A stretch of 64,000 nucleotides of DNA, taken from NCBI GenBank assembly GCA_977018835.1, contig OZ361256.1:7316001-7380000 (forward strand), written 5' to 3'. This document shows, one piece after another, positions 1-12,091 of the stretch; the stretch's first letter is position 1; each line of letters starts with the position of its first letter. A program made the translations under genes and the position numbers. This DNA comes from Minutocellus sp. GHC0000111 (taxonomy: Eukaryota). A model generated the notes under the pieces. That model was given only the letters and a program-made list of their open reading frames with translations. It ran no database searches and had not been told where the DNA came from.

Positions 1-338
1 ATGCTCTGAAATGATGGTAGGCATCGCTGCGTGTCTCTTTGAAGACGGACATCGTACAATTTACAGTTGAGCGGCGCGTCCTTATAATGGCAAATCCTTT
101 GCGGTGGTGTGTTTGATCGAGTGCGCGTTGGTTGATTGGCAAAAGATATTTCTAAAATATCTTGCATCATGTGGCGTAGTGATTTGATTTGAATGTGTGG
201 GCATGGTGTGTTGATGGAATTGTTCTCTCTGCTGCTGGTGTCCTCTTCGCTGAGTTGATATCTTTTTGGAAAGAATGAGCCACTCAGACATTCAGAGAAT
301 CTTGTTGTCGATATGGTATGTGTCGGTAGCTTTTGTGG

Positions 339-797
339 TTAGATATCAGCGAAGAAGCCCCAGGCGTCAAAGGTGACAGTGGTGTCACTGCTGTTCTCCG
401 ACATGGTCGTGAGGGGCGTGGACGGCGTCGACGAGATGGACGAGCACAGGGAAAGATGGCTACCGCTACCGCCGGTGATGGATGAGGAGGCGTCGCCGTC
501 ATGCGAGAACAACGATTCGGTGTCGGAGGCCGACGAGTCAGTTGAGTTGCCATCGAGGGTGACGAGGCTAGAGTATCGCTGCCTGGACTTAAACCTTCCC
601 CACCCCTTCCTGAACTCGCTCTTGCGCGGTGTCAGGAAGATTTTTCCCTTGGACGAGCTGCTGCTGCTGGCGCAATCGTCGGAGATGACGAGAGTGGATA
701 GCGACGGAAGTCTTGCAACGCTCGACAGAGGTCTACTTCTCTTGCGCCCGGCGCTTTGGGGCATCGACTTGAGATTGTTGATACTGAACTTGGCCAT
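339..797 (-). CDS. Ser-rich hypothetical protein
   Basis: 152-aa ATG-initiated ORF, low complexity, ends FDAWGFFADI; no recognisable domain. Confidence 0.5.
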   Translation of the reverse strand: MAKFSINNLKSMPQSAGRKRSRPLSSVARLPSLSTLVISDDCASSSSSSKGKIFLTPRKSEFRKGWGRFKSRQRYSSLVTLDGNSTDSSASDTESLFSHDGDASSSITGGSGSHLSLCSSISSTPSTPLTTMSENSSDTTVTFDAWGFFADI

Positions 798-969
798 GAT
801 GGATGTTCGTTTGATTGATTTGTGCTGATATGATTGAGGAATGAGGCCGAGGAATGTGGAGCGCCTTCAATCGTTCCATCTGCAAATGGCATCAACCTGC
901 TGTCTGTTCTTTGACAGCCAGTCTGTTCTTTGACAGCCAGCGTCACTTCGAGGTTGTGCCACGCAAGTC

Positions 970-983
970 TTAACCCTAACCCT
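970..983 (+). repeat. Short interstitial telomere-type repeat (TAACCC)2
   Basis: ttaaccctaaccct. Confidence 0.45.
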
Positions 984-1275
984 CTTAGAATATGACGTCA
1001 ACTCATTCTTCAAAACATCTTTTGCATTCTTCGCGAAATCACTAAAGTCATTTTTAGTGCAGACTCCGGTGATTTGTACTTCTGCCTCGTTTGAGCTCAT
1101 AACCTACCTGCTCAAAATAGCTGAAAAGAAGCTCAGCTCATTCTTTACCAGCTCATTCTTTACGATGGCGGCGCCGCTGCTGCTCCTGCCTCACGTACGA
1201 GAACCTCGTAGTATGCCATGTTCGCTCGAATGTAGAAAATCCTGAGGCGGCGGCGTTTTAATCCGTGACGACATT

Positions 1276-4200
1276 ATGAAAGTGAACCTTTGCATTCGTC
1301 GGCCGTCAGTCTCGGCGTCGGCATCATCCTCGGCGTCAACATCGAATAATCATCGACCGCTCGGCAATCTGTTCGCTCGTCTCGATGACAATACGGCAAG
1401 GAGACTGTGCTCATTGGCCCAAGACAAACTTGAGGAGCTAAATTCATTTCGTGGCCCAAATCGTGGCCGGAGCAGCACCAGCAGTGGACTCTGGGCGGTG
1501 TCCGATGCTGCATTCAGTACACGTGTGGAATCCGGCGTGGAATTCTTGCCGCTCAGGATTGAAATTCGGTCTGATCAAACACAAGGGGATGACGGAGACG
1601 GGGATGAGGAAAATGTGAACGTGATCTATGCATCCTACAACGGTGGCTCTGTCGATCTCACATCGCCCGGTAAGTGAGGCCATTAAATCGATGATGAGTC
1701 GTTCCTTTTCCTTGTAGAGATTTGAATCATTGTATGGCCTGTGACGAATACAGATTTACATGTCACTACCGCTGAATCTCATGCCATGAGTATGCGATAT
1801 GTTGACGACCAATACTGTTGCCTTCCTACCGAGGCCTTGTTCGATTTTCTACATCTCTGTGATTGCTCGTAACTTTACGAAAAAACATACGTTGCTATTC
1901 TCACCTATTTTCGTTTTTTCTGCAACCTATCTGTCGCTCGTTGCAATTCCACATCAGAGCAACAAAGATCGGCCATGGAGCTTGATCAACATTTACTCCC
2001 TGATAGTCTCTCTGCCAGCGCAAGGTCGTTGGATGTGGATGTTAGACCTCTGCCTGTGATATACAAGGCTGAATCTGTCCATTTGGAACCCTTAAGTGCA
2101 AAAGATTGGGAGTTGCTTGAGATTCACGCTGATGAATTGGAATCGGGCAGTCTCCTTAGTCAGGTATGTGTAATTTTTCCAAACCAAAGACTGCCCATTC
2201 GATTGGGAAGATATGGAGACATTGCATGGGTCAAGGTCCTAGGTAATGGCTTTGACCGGTCTGGACATCATGCGGGGTCTGAGTCTGATTCCGAGTGTTC
2301 TTCCGATGGATTCAACAATCTCGATGATGTGTGTCACGAATGTCTCCGCCTCGTCGCAAACACCGAGATTTTGGTAGTTTCCAAGTTACGCGCTGATGAT
2401 TCGCCCGAGCGATCTTTACCAATATGCAATCTGAGAGTCTATCCGAACGATAAAGACTACAGCAGTGAAATGAAGGATTTGTTTGCGATATCTAGCGATG
2501 TTCAGAACATACATGGAGGGAGTGAAATCACGTCCATCAGTATTCCAAAGTGTCCGCCGTGGTTTACTGGAGCTGTCCACTCGTCCACCTTTGGGGCCTT
2601 AAATTCTCAAACAAATGGTGAAAATGAAGCAAATGCAATTGATCAAAACAAAGTAGTCAGAGCGACGATAACTCGGGGGGATGGATCGCCATCTATAAGT
2701 ACAAAGGCGGTTGCTTTGATTGTCATCGCTGATGATGTGCCGCGTGGGTGTATTGGTGAGTTATGAAAGCCAGCTAGATCAGATTGATTCACTTGTTTGC
2801 GTCTCACTGAGGAACACATATCCATGCTAATTCTGATCAATGACATTCATTGGTTTGAGGAGCTATTAATCTCATTATCTGAGAGACGAGCAGTCGAGAG
2901 AAATGTTCAAATCTTTTTTTTATGCCCTGTGCCGACCTTCGAACAAATTCATCTCACAATATTTTTTTTTCCGTTTCTCGCGCCAACTTATCAGTTTTGC
3001 ACCCGGCACTGCGACGTCAATATTGGGAATCTATCCGTTCGGTGGTGCGGTCGACGTGCAAATTTTGTATGGTGATTCCATCGAAAAGTCGTACCGGTCT
3101 TTGCAAAGTGAAATCAAACGCGGTGACGTCTCGATCGATGTACTTGCTTTTGAAAAGGTCGAATCGTCAGCTGGAAAGCCATGGCGATTTCCTTTGGGAG
3201 TTGGGCTTTCTAGGAACAACACTGTCGAGGATCGATCCATGTTTCAATTATTTCATCTACTTGGTCCGCATGAAACCAAAGACCATGTGCCGATTTGTTC
3301 CGGAACAATTATACCTAGCGTCCTGGTGGCTGAAAAACAAACGAGTGAAGACAATCACAATCTGTCTGTGTTGCTTGTCACGGGGGAAGATCATATCGAT
3401 TCAAAAGCTGATATAGTTCCAGCCGTATCTTTTCCTGTTCTGTTCATGCATCAGTTACCATCCCTCCTTGCCCTCTCTCGGGAAATGAAGAGCAAGAAGA
3501 GTGAAGCACACGCTAAACCAGAGGGAGGCGATCAATCTTCCAATATTTCCCCTCCTTTCCAGCAATGGGAGGAAGATCATGCATTGAATCTGTTGCCATC
3601 TGGGGCAGGACTTTTTTAAGATTCCGTCACCTGGGCATTTTCTGTGGCAAAAGAAGTAGAATTCGCAAGGACCAGTTGCATTCGACCTTACAGAAGGCTA
3701 TTTGTCGGAGAGGAGGGCACAGGCAAGACGCACCTCGCTCTTTTGATTGCTGCTCTTTTGAGGCTTCATTTCGGAATAGCATCTTCTTACCTGGACTGTA
3801 GTCAGCTACAATCTGCGCCTGGAAATCAAATGCGTGACATATTGGAGGAACTTAGTCTCTTTTTTGAGGAGGCCGCAGCACAGAGGACTTCGAATCTACT
3901 CATTTTGGACAACATCCATACCCTTGTTCCCAACGTCGACGCAAGCAACGACGACGACAATGATGCCATGCATCACCAGCAGACAAACCTAGCTTTGTCG
4001 GCACAGGTCAAGCTCCTTTCAGACCATATTCGGTTTCTGCTGGGTAAAGACCCAAACGTTTATGTCTTGGCGACGTGTAAAAATGCAACTGATGTCGCTC
4101 CGTCGCTCCGTACTCTGGAACACTTTTCATCAACGATCCAGGTACCTACTCTAGAAACTAACCAGCGCATTGAATTGTTTCTCTCGATGCTTCGAATGAA

Positions 4201-5623
4201 CGAAACTTCTTTTTTTGCGTTTGAAGGTGCTACTGGAATGACTTCGTTATTTGGAAAGCAAACGGAAGGATATGCACCATCGGATCTCCTTGCATTGGCC
4301 AGAAGAGTTGCTCATACACTCCACATAAAGGCCCTCGGGCGTCAAGATGCGGACGAGACGACTGGTCAAGAGTCTCGCGATTCTCTCGTCAATATTATCC
4401 AAGAAAATATCAAGAAGTACACGCCGGCGTCTCAGCGAGGCCTGCATGTTGGAAAAACGAACGTCCTGATAGAATGGGAGGACCTGGGGGGATTGTTCCG
4501 AGCCAAGGGTGCCCTTACCGATATTATTCTCCGCCCTGTCCGCTACCGGGCCATCTACAAAAACGCTCCGATATCGTTGCCGCGTGGGATATTGTTATAT
4601 GGACCAGGGGGCTGCGGAAAAAGTATAATGGTACCAGCGCTTGCAAAGGAGTGCAACTTCAACCTAGTAAGATGCAATGGTCCCGAACTTCTGGATAAGT
4701 ACATTGGGGCAAGCGAGGCAAAGGTTCGATAATTGTTTGCCAGAGCATATGCTGCCGCCCCTTGTATTCTCTTTCTGGATGATTTCGACGCCCTGGCTCC
4801 GCGCAGAGGATCGGATCATACTGGTGTTACGGACCGAGTTGTCAACCAGCTCCTCACCTTTCTGGATGGGGTAGAAAGTGCAGACGACAGGAGAGGCATG
4901 GTTTACATCATCGGTGCCAGTTCGAGGCCAGGTAAGGAAGTTGGGCTTGAATTGACTCAGCTTCATGAGCGTAACACAACATCTCCATCTCTCTCATATC
5001 ATGTTATCGATAATTAATTCTTCTTTCTTTTGCCTTCTTGTCGTTAGACAAAATTGATCCAGCACTTTTGAGGCCGGGACGTATTGAGAAGCATGTTTTC
5101 ATAGGATATGCAAATACCGACAAAGAATGGAACGATCTCTTTGCCAAAATAGCCTCGTCCCGAACGGTAGACCAAAAGACAATCGACTATATTTCTTCTG
5201 GACGCCTACTTCAGGAGCATGGCAACAATCTGACTCATCTGCGAAGACTATCGGCGGCAGACCTAAAGGCAGAAATGGATACTGCTCACCTTTTGGCTGT
5301 CCACGAGCATCTTCGCCGAGAAGAAGAGCGTGTGCAAAGTCCCGAATCTGATACCAATGCAGTAGAAACCGAAACTGATTGAAAAAGAGCATGTGATAGA
5401 AGCCCTCCGATCTTGTCGACCTTCTCTGGGAGACGATGATAGGAAAATGCTTGGTTCGATTTATGCACCATTTTATTCTGCGGATGATAATCGGGATGAG
5501 GGCGCAGATCACACTGGGAGTGGATCTGCCCCGCCACTAGGCGACCATGGGGTACCAGCGGGTAAAGTCATTGGCACGAATGGATTGAATAGGATGCCCA
5601 AGCAAATGACTACGTTGAGATAA
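1276..5623 (+). pseudogene. PEX1: Peroxisomal AAA+ ATPase PEX1, multi-exon, disrupted
   Basis: PEX1-N motif VHLEPLSAKDWELLE..LLSQV; D1 Walker A GEEGTGKT; D2 [53 protein letters not shown]-terminal QMTTLR. In-frame TAA at 3617-3619 and 4730-4732, frameshift near 5370. Confidence 0.88.
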
Positions 5624-5711
5624 TGCGGGGGCTTGTATTCTAAATTTAGACGAAATCGATCCATTTCGGAAAATCTAGCTAGTGAGAATCTCGGCTACAT
5701 GAAAAAAATAG

Positions 5712-7745
5712 CTAGAGGTCATGAGTGTTCATAGCTACGTAGTCGGGCAGACTACTAGTAGAATGCAAAAAGAATAAAAGACAAAGGAGCACCATAAAAG
5801 AACCGGGGGGCAAAAGGAAAGATGCGTCACTTGTATCGGTTGGAGCAGAATCATCAGGAGCTGAAGACCCGTCACTCCTTTCTGGATAAATTGCATCATT
5901 TTCTGAATTTATGCCACCATCTCCTTCCATGACGGAACCAGTCCCCTCCTCGAGGGTGATCAACATATTGGCCTGAACGTCCACGAATTTTTCATTTAAT
6001 CCAGACGGCCATTGGATCGCAATTGTGGCGCTATTCATTTTGCCAATGCCGAAGCTTGGAAAGAATTGGGTTGGTGAAAAGGGTCCCGATACTGCTCTCA
6101 CTTGTAGGTACTGCATCTTGTCGGATCCATCATCGCATGTGAGAAGAGAGCCTATTCCATTCCTGTTGCTCTTGGTTCCAACAAGTCTCAGACGGATAGA
6201 ATTATTGTCGTTGCCACTATTTTTGAGCAACACAACGTGGTTGATAGCTCCAGGCATAACATAATCAGTCTGGTTGAAGAAGTAGCTGTAATCCTCTGCA
6301 TAGTTGGAGTTCATAATTGCGATTTCATCAAATCCATCCCCATCGATATCACCCACAGCATGCCCACCACTTCGACTGGTGGCAAGGTCAACACCCAGGG
6401 ATCGGACACAAGCAGGCTCTTCTTCCACCTCAAAGGCACAAGTAGATCTACCGCGATAACACTCGTCACATCCGACAGCAATTTCGTTGCAGAATTCAGC
6501 AGCTCCGGTCCACATCCCCGTCGAAGTATCGCGAAGCTTGCAAAGCTCAGGAGTATAACATAGATCAGGCTGGTTGCCTAAGATATTGTTGGCGGTACAT
6601 GTTGTACAATCAAAGGGAGGGCATGTTGAGTCTTCAGCGAGCAAACCCGCCCCATCATTCATCAATAGATGACCACGGTTGAAGTTGACAAAAGCTGTAA
6701 ATATTCCAGATCCAGTGTAAAGTAGATCCACACTCCCATCATTGTCAAAATCCTGAAAGGAAGCCGACCATCCCCACTCGTTCTGTGGCAGATCCTCTGG
6801 TGTGGCATCAACAAAGGTGCCATCGCCGTTATTCAAAAGCAGGCTGTGAAGATACGATGGTTCAAATGTTTGTGCTCCAACGTCAGTTAGGAATATGTCA
6901 AAATCTCCGTCGTGATCCACGTCACCAATTGCAATTCCCATGAAAAAGCCGACTGGCATGGCTGCCGGAAGAGCCACAGCTTCTTCGAAAGTCCCATCAC
7001 CGTTGTTGAAATTGATGGTAGCAGGCCGTCCTTCGCTACTGCTGCAGTTTGAAGTAATAAGTTCAGGGTATCCATCGCCATTGAGGTCGGCGAATGCAAC
7101 GCCACAAGTATTTCCTGCACCATCATCACCGAGATTACCCTCAGTGAGAAGGCCTGCTTCCTCGGTAACATCAGACCAAGTCATATCGCCGTTGTTGCGG
7201 TATAGGCGATCGGGACCAAACCTACCATAAGCCATGTACAAATCAAGAAAGCCATCCGCGTCGTAGTCGGCCATTGAGTTGCCACTGAAGATATAAAAGT
7301 ATGGGGCATGAGAAAATAGTTTGGATTTGATAAAGTCAGCGACAAAAAGTATGATGAGGATCGAGGAAAGGAGAACACATCCGCCAGGATACAAACAAAT
7401 ACGTCGTACACAAAGATTCCAACAAAAGATTGACTCAGCTAGCTCAAAGCGGAACAACGTGTGTATGAGAAAAAATACATGCATGTACGTACTAATTGAA
7501 AGGGAGGCTAACAATACCGCTTGAGGCGGTAATGTCCTCAAATCTTGTCCCATCGATATTTTTGAAGAGGAAGGTACCAGATTTGGCAAGATCCCCAGTA
7601 AGAAATATAACTACAAACCCGTCGTTATTGAGATCACCGACGGTGACACCCTGGCAATCTGTAATACCCGAAAGGCCAACAGAATCGGTGACATCCGTGT
7701 AGGTTCCATCGCCGGCGTTCTCGAACAGAGTCGCTGTCACAGGCG
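5712..7745 (-). CDS. FG-GAP repeat / ASPIC-UnbV (CRTAC1-like) protein, 5' part not found
   Basis: Repeated DxDxDG loops (GDLNNDG, ADYDADG, ADLNGDG, GDVDHDG, QDFDNDG, GDIDGDG); ASPIC-like LRLVGTKSNRNGIG..FGIG..IQWPSG; hydrophobic C-terminus; intron approx. 7286-7492 (GTACGT..TTCAG) joins FNY-GNSM. Confidence 0.78.
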
Positions 7746-7761
7746 ACTGGGAACAAACAAA

Positions 7762-7791
7762 TAGGGTTAGGGCTAACCCTAACCCTAACCC
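7762..7791. repeat. Head-to-head telomere-type repeat (TTAGGG)~2 / (CCCTAA)~3
   Basis: tagggttaggg-ctaaccctaaccctaaccc. Confidence 0.85.
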
Positions 7792-7794
7792 AAC

Positions 7795-8030
7795 TTTTCT
7801 TCCGTATGGAAGATTTTTTTGAGAAAAAAATTCCGTACGGAAAAAATGTTTTTTCCGCGGAAAGGAAGTCGCCGAAACATGGTTTACAACGGGGTTTGGC
7901 GATCATGTTGCGATTCCGTGCGGCAAAAACTTTTGTTCCGCGGAAAACTTTTTTGATAATTTTTTTCCGTATGGAAGATTTTTTTGAGAAAAAAATTCCG
8001 TACGGAAGAAAATGTTTTTCCGAGGAAAGT
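7795..8030. repeat. Palindrome-rich repeat: two ~65-bp copies 165 bp apart
   Basis: ttccgtatggaagatttttttgagaaaaaaattccgtacggaa at 7800 and 7965; TTCCGTACGGAA and TTCCGCGGAA palindromes. Confidence 0.85.
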
Positions 8031-8134
8031 TCTTTTGCCAACGCCCTGAAATTGCGTTTTTCCGACCTCTGCAGGCTTTTCCATGAAGACGAAAATTGTA
8101 CGGTGAATTGCCTCAAGCTTTTAGTGAGGGGCCT

Positions 8135-11100
8135 TCACTGCTGTTTACCGGCCTCAAATGTCTCAAATTGCCAAATGGCTGCCACTTCCACCCCAAAACG
8201 TTGAGATGATGCGAAGGCTTGCATTCTCTTCTTCGACCCTCCTCCTCCATCGATGTCGTCCTCAACCCCAACCTTCTTGCGCTTCTGTTTTTTATCCTTG
8301 TCCTCCTTGCCGGTCTTGACGGATGGCTGGGTATTGGACAGGGAATCGAACTTGCGATCGGAGAAGGGGCTGAGCGTGGACTTTTGGGTCGACGTCTTGG
8401 TCTTCCTGCGCTTGCTGGAAGAGCGCTCATCCTTGTCGCGCTTGGCCTGCGCCTCAGCCTTCTTGATACGATCCTCTTCCTCCTTGAGCTGTTCGGCACG
8501 GCGTTTCTCTCTACGTATCGATAGACAGATCATCATATACATAGGTATCGGCACAAATATGAAGAAATAGAACAACGTTAGTCAAAATAAGTGAGCACAC
8601 AGTTGAAAAGGATACAATGGGCCTTTGCATGATACTCACTCCTCCTCCTTGCGCTTCAGGCGAGCCTCTTCCTTCTTGCGCTTGCGCTTCTCCTCGGCAC
8701 GAGCACGTTCGGCAGCCTCCTCCTCGGCGCGGGCAAGGGCCTCCTCTTCCTCGGCCCTCTGCCTCTCCTGCTCACGGCGCTTGGCCTCCTTTTCTTTTTT
8801 CTCGCGACGACGACGGCGCTCTTCCTCCTTGGCGGCGGCAGTAGCCTCGGCCACACGAGCGGCTTCGGCCTCCTCGGCGGCACGAATAGCCCTATTGTTA
8901 CCACAGGACACAGTATTGGGTTGCAAGAGAGATAAAGAGTGTTGATGAGAAAATACATGGCTTATCAAGACAAACAGACGAGAAATGGCAATAACATCAC
9001 GCCGCAACTCACTCTTCCTCACGGCGACGCTGCTCCTCAGCAGCCCGCTTGGCCTCCTTTCGGGCCCGGGCAGCCTCCTTTTCGCGGCGGCGATCTTCCT
9101 CCTCGCGTTCTTCGCGCTCCAAGCGCTCTTGTTCGCGACGGCGGGCCTCTCGCTCCTTCCGCTCACGGCGGCGACGGGCTTCCTCCTCTGCACGGCGGGC
9201 CTCCTCGGCCTCACGTTGCTCGGCCTCACGACGGACACGCTCATCCTCGGCCTGCTGACGACGGAGACGGGCCTTTTCAACGCGCTGTTTGTAATCCTGC
9301 TCGGCTGCCAGGACTCGCGAAGGCCGGCAAGAATCTGCTCCTTCTGATCCTCCTCGGTCATGGTGGGATCACGGACAAGGCCGACTGTGAGCTGAGCCAG
9401 AACGGGATACTCTTCGAGGGCCTCGTCGATCTCCTTTTGGCCGTCTTCCATCAGCAGCTCGCCACCACGGATCGTTTCGGCCATCTCCCTTTCGGCCTCG
9501 GCTTCGGGCGATTCGGCGTCAATGGCGGCCTCCTCCTCCTTGAGGGCCTCATATTGCGCATTGGCCTCGTTAGCCCCAGCCTCGGCCAGAGCGATAGCCT
9601 CGGCGGCAGCAGCTTTCTTCTTCTCGTACTCATCCTCGAGCTCATCTTTCTCCCGCTGCTTGGGCCTCTACCTGCTCGGCGAGCTGAGCATACGTGACCT
9701 TGTCTTCCTCGAGAGGAGTTTCGTCGTTTCCTCAAGCTTCTCAACCGCCTCGGCATCACGACTCTCCTTGTCGGCAACGATATCGTCGTACGAGGTCTGG
9801 ATCTTGTCCACCTGGTTGCGTTCCTCCTGAAGCTCTTCCTCACCGAGCTTGGCAATGGCGGCCCGGCTCTGGACGAAGCCCTCCTGCCGCTCGTCGAGAA
9901 TCTTGGCACGCTCCTCGACTCCGGTCTGCAGAGTCTTCTCCTTCTCGACACCGGCGGTAATCTTCTCCTGGCTGGTCTGATTCTGCTGGACCAGCTCGTT
10001 CACGGTCTGACGACTCTGCTCCAGGATGGCAGCCTGCTTCTCAGCCACCGCGCGGATGCGGGAAACATCGATATTGACCGGCATACCTTCAGGAGTAACC
10101 TCGTGTTCCTCCTGCAGTTGGATCTGCCTCGATACGGCCTCGGCCTCGTCGACCTTTTTCTGCTTCTCCTTCTCATCACCCTCGAGGCATTCCAGCCTGG
10201 CCATCATCTCGGCTCTGCGTCGCTCTGCGTCGGCAATCTTGGCACGGAGGGCAGCCTCGGCCTCCTCCCCACGCTTCTTTTCGGCCTTCACCTCATCCTC
10301 CGCCTCCTGGAGGATTGCCGCTGAGGCAGTCTCCATTTTTCGGTGGGTTGCGAGCTCATGGTCGAGCTTGGCGCAGTTGGACTCTGCCTTGGCCGACTCC
10401 TCGGCCAGGACGTTGGCCGTCTGCTTTCGGCCTGGATGGCCTTGAGGACCAACTCCTCGTGACGGACGGTCTCGGCGTACCGCGTCTCGGCCTCCCGGGC
10501 CTTGTCCTCGGCATCGGCCAAGACACGACGCTGGTCGGTCTCCTTCTTGCGAAGGAGGATGGTGGCCCGGTCGATCTGGGTGTACAGCGAGACGATCTTG
10601 CGGCAGCACGCCGTGGCCTTCTTGAGCTTGTCGTGGAACTTCCGCAGATCGTTGTCGGCTCGGGTGTCCTCCTCCCGGAGGGTGCCGAGCTCCCGGCCGC
10701 ACTGCTGCAGGGTGATGCGCTGCTGCTGGATGAGCTCGGCGTTCTTGCCGTTCTCGTACTTGAGGGTGGACAGCGTCGTCTCGACCTGCTGCTGATGCTG
10801 GGTGCATTGTTCCTTGTACCGCTTGGCCGAATCAAGCTTCTGATCAGCCTGGCGCTGCTGCTCCTCGAGGATGCGGACGTCCTCCATCACTGTAGTGCGA
10901 TTGTGATGATTGCGATATGATGATGACGGGAATGGTATTGTTGTTGTTGTTGTAGGGTGGGAGATCGCAATATGACAAGGAAGAAAAGGGAATGCAGATG
11001 GGGTCGGTCAGTCTACAGAGTCAAATCACCAATTCTATAAAGCCAATATGATTAATACTCGATGCAGTGCAGAACAGCCAAACCAAACAAACCAATGAAG

Positions 11101-11656
11101 GAACGCGATTAATATGTACGCAGTAATTACACTCACCCGACTCCATCGAGAAGTCCCCAATCTGATCCTGCTGCTGCTCCACGGCCTGCTCCTTCTGCTG
11201 AGCCTGCTGCTGGTGCTGGACCTGCATCTGCTGCTGCTGATTCTGGACGGCAACCATCTGGTGATGATGCTGCTGGTTCTGGACCTGAACCGGGCGCTGC
11301 ATCTGCATCTGCTGCTGCGGGATGACACGGTGCTGCTGCTGCTGCATCATCGTCTGCCGCTGGATCTGGAACTGACCACCCCCCACGTCGACCGCGTTGG
11401 GCGGGAGCATCCTGCCGCCGCCGTGACCACCTCCACCACCAGTATGGCCACTGGCATAGCCACCGACGGAGCCGTGGGAGGCGAGGCTGTTGGATCTGCC
11501 ACGAACCTGGTGGTTGCGATTGTTGCCGCCGACGCCTCCGCCGAGGAGGCTGGACGGCAGTCCAGGGCGGCGCTGCGCCAGCCCGCCGCCTCCACCTCCG
11601 GTGCGGGACCGGCCGCCCTTCTTCTTGTTGCCACTGCTTTTGAGGAGGAAGGACAT
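8135..11656 (-). pseudogene. Large coiled-coil protein with Gly/Gln-rich N-terminus, multi-exon, frameshifted
   Basis: Exon 1 11656-11137 splices (GTGAGT..CTACAG, intron 10890-11136) into MESV-MEDVRIL; E/K/R/A-rich helical ORFs change frame near 10430 and 9710 without splice signals. Confidence 0.62.
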
Positions 11657-11979
11657 TGTTGATGGGTATATCGATTGGTCTGGTAAGGAGGGGGAGTGTA
11701 TTGATTGATGACTCTGTGTGGTTTGGATTTCGTCGGTCGGTTGACACCGGCAGGATCGTTTGGTCTACTTTGAGACTGGTCTTGCTGCTATGCTGTTCTT
11801 GCTGCTGCTTTTTCGCTCTGGATGGGCCACCACAATCACGATGCCGGCGATACAATCGGCGGCTCGATGGAATGTACGGTGGGAGGCCAGGAAAAGCGGC
11901 GGCGTAGTAGTGGAGCAGCGGTGGTATGGTTCGATACCCTCTCTCCGTTGCTTCTTTTGGAAAAAAGTGAGAGGAGACT

Positions 11980-12040
11980 TGAGTCGAATGAGTCTACATG
12001 TATGAGTCGAATGAGTCTACATGTATGAGTCGAATGAGTC
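11980..12040 (+). repeat. 23-bp tandem repeat (tgagtcgaatgagtctacatgta) x ~2.6
   Basis: Directly visible, no spacers. Confidence 0.9.
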
Positions 12041-12091
12041 ACAACATCCATTTCATGCCATCGTGTAGATCTACATGTAGGCCTACATGTA

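Noticed and set aside
1094..1113. Shared agctcataacct / ctacctgct words with 52925-52961 as ends of one element
   Set aside because: Matches are too short, rearranged and 52 kb apart.
7762..7791. True chromosome end
   Set aside because: Only about 5 units, in both orientations, with genes on both sides.
11980..12040. CRISPR-like array
   Set aside because: The 23-bp units are contiguous with no spacers; no cas genes; eukaryotic context.
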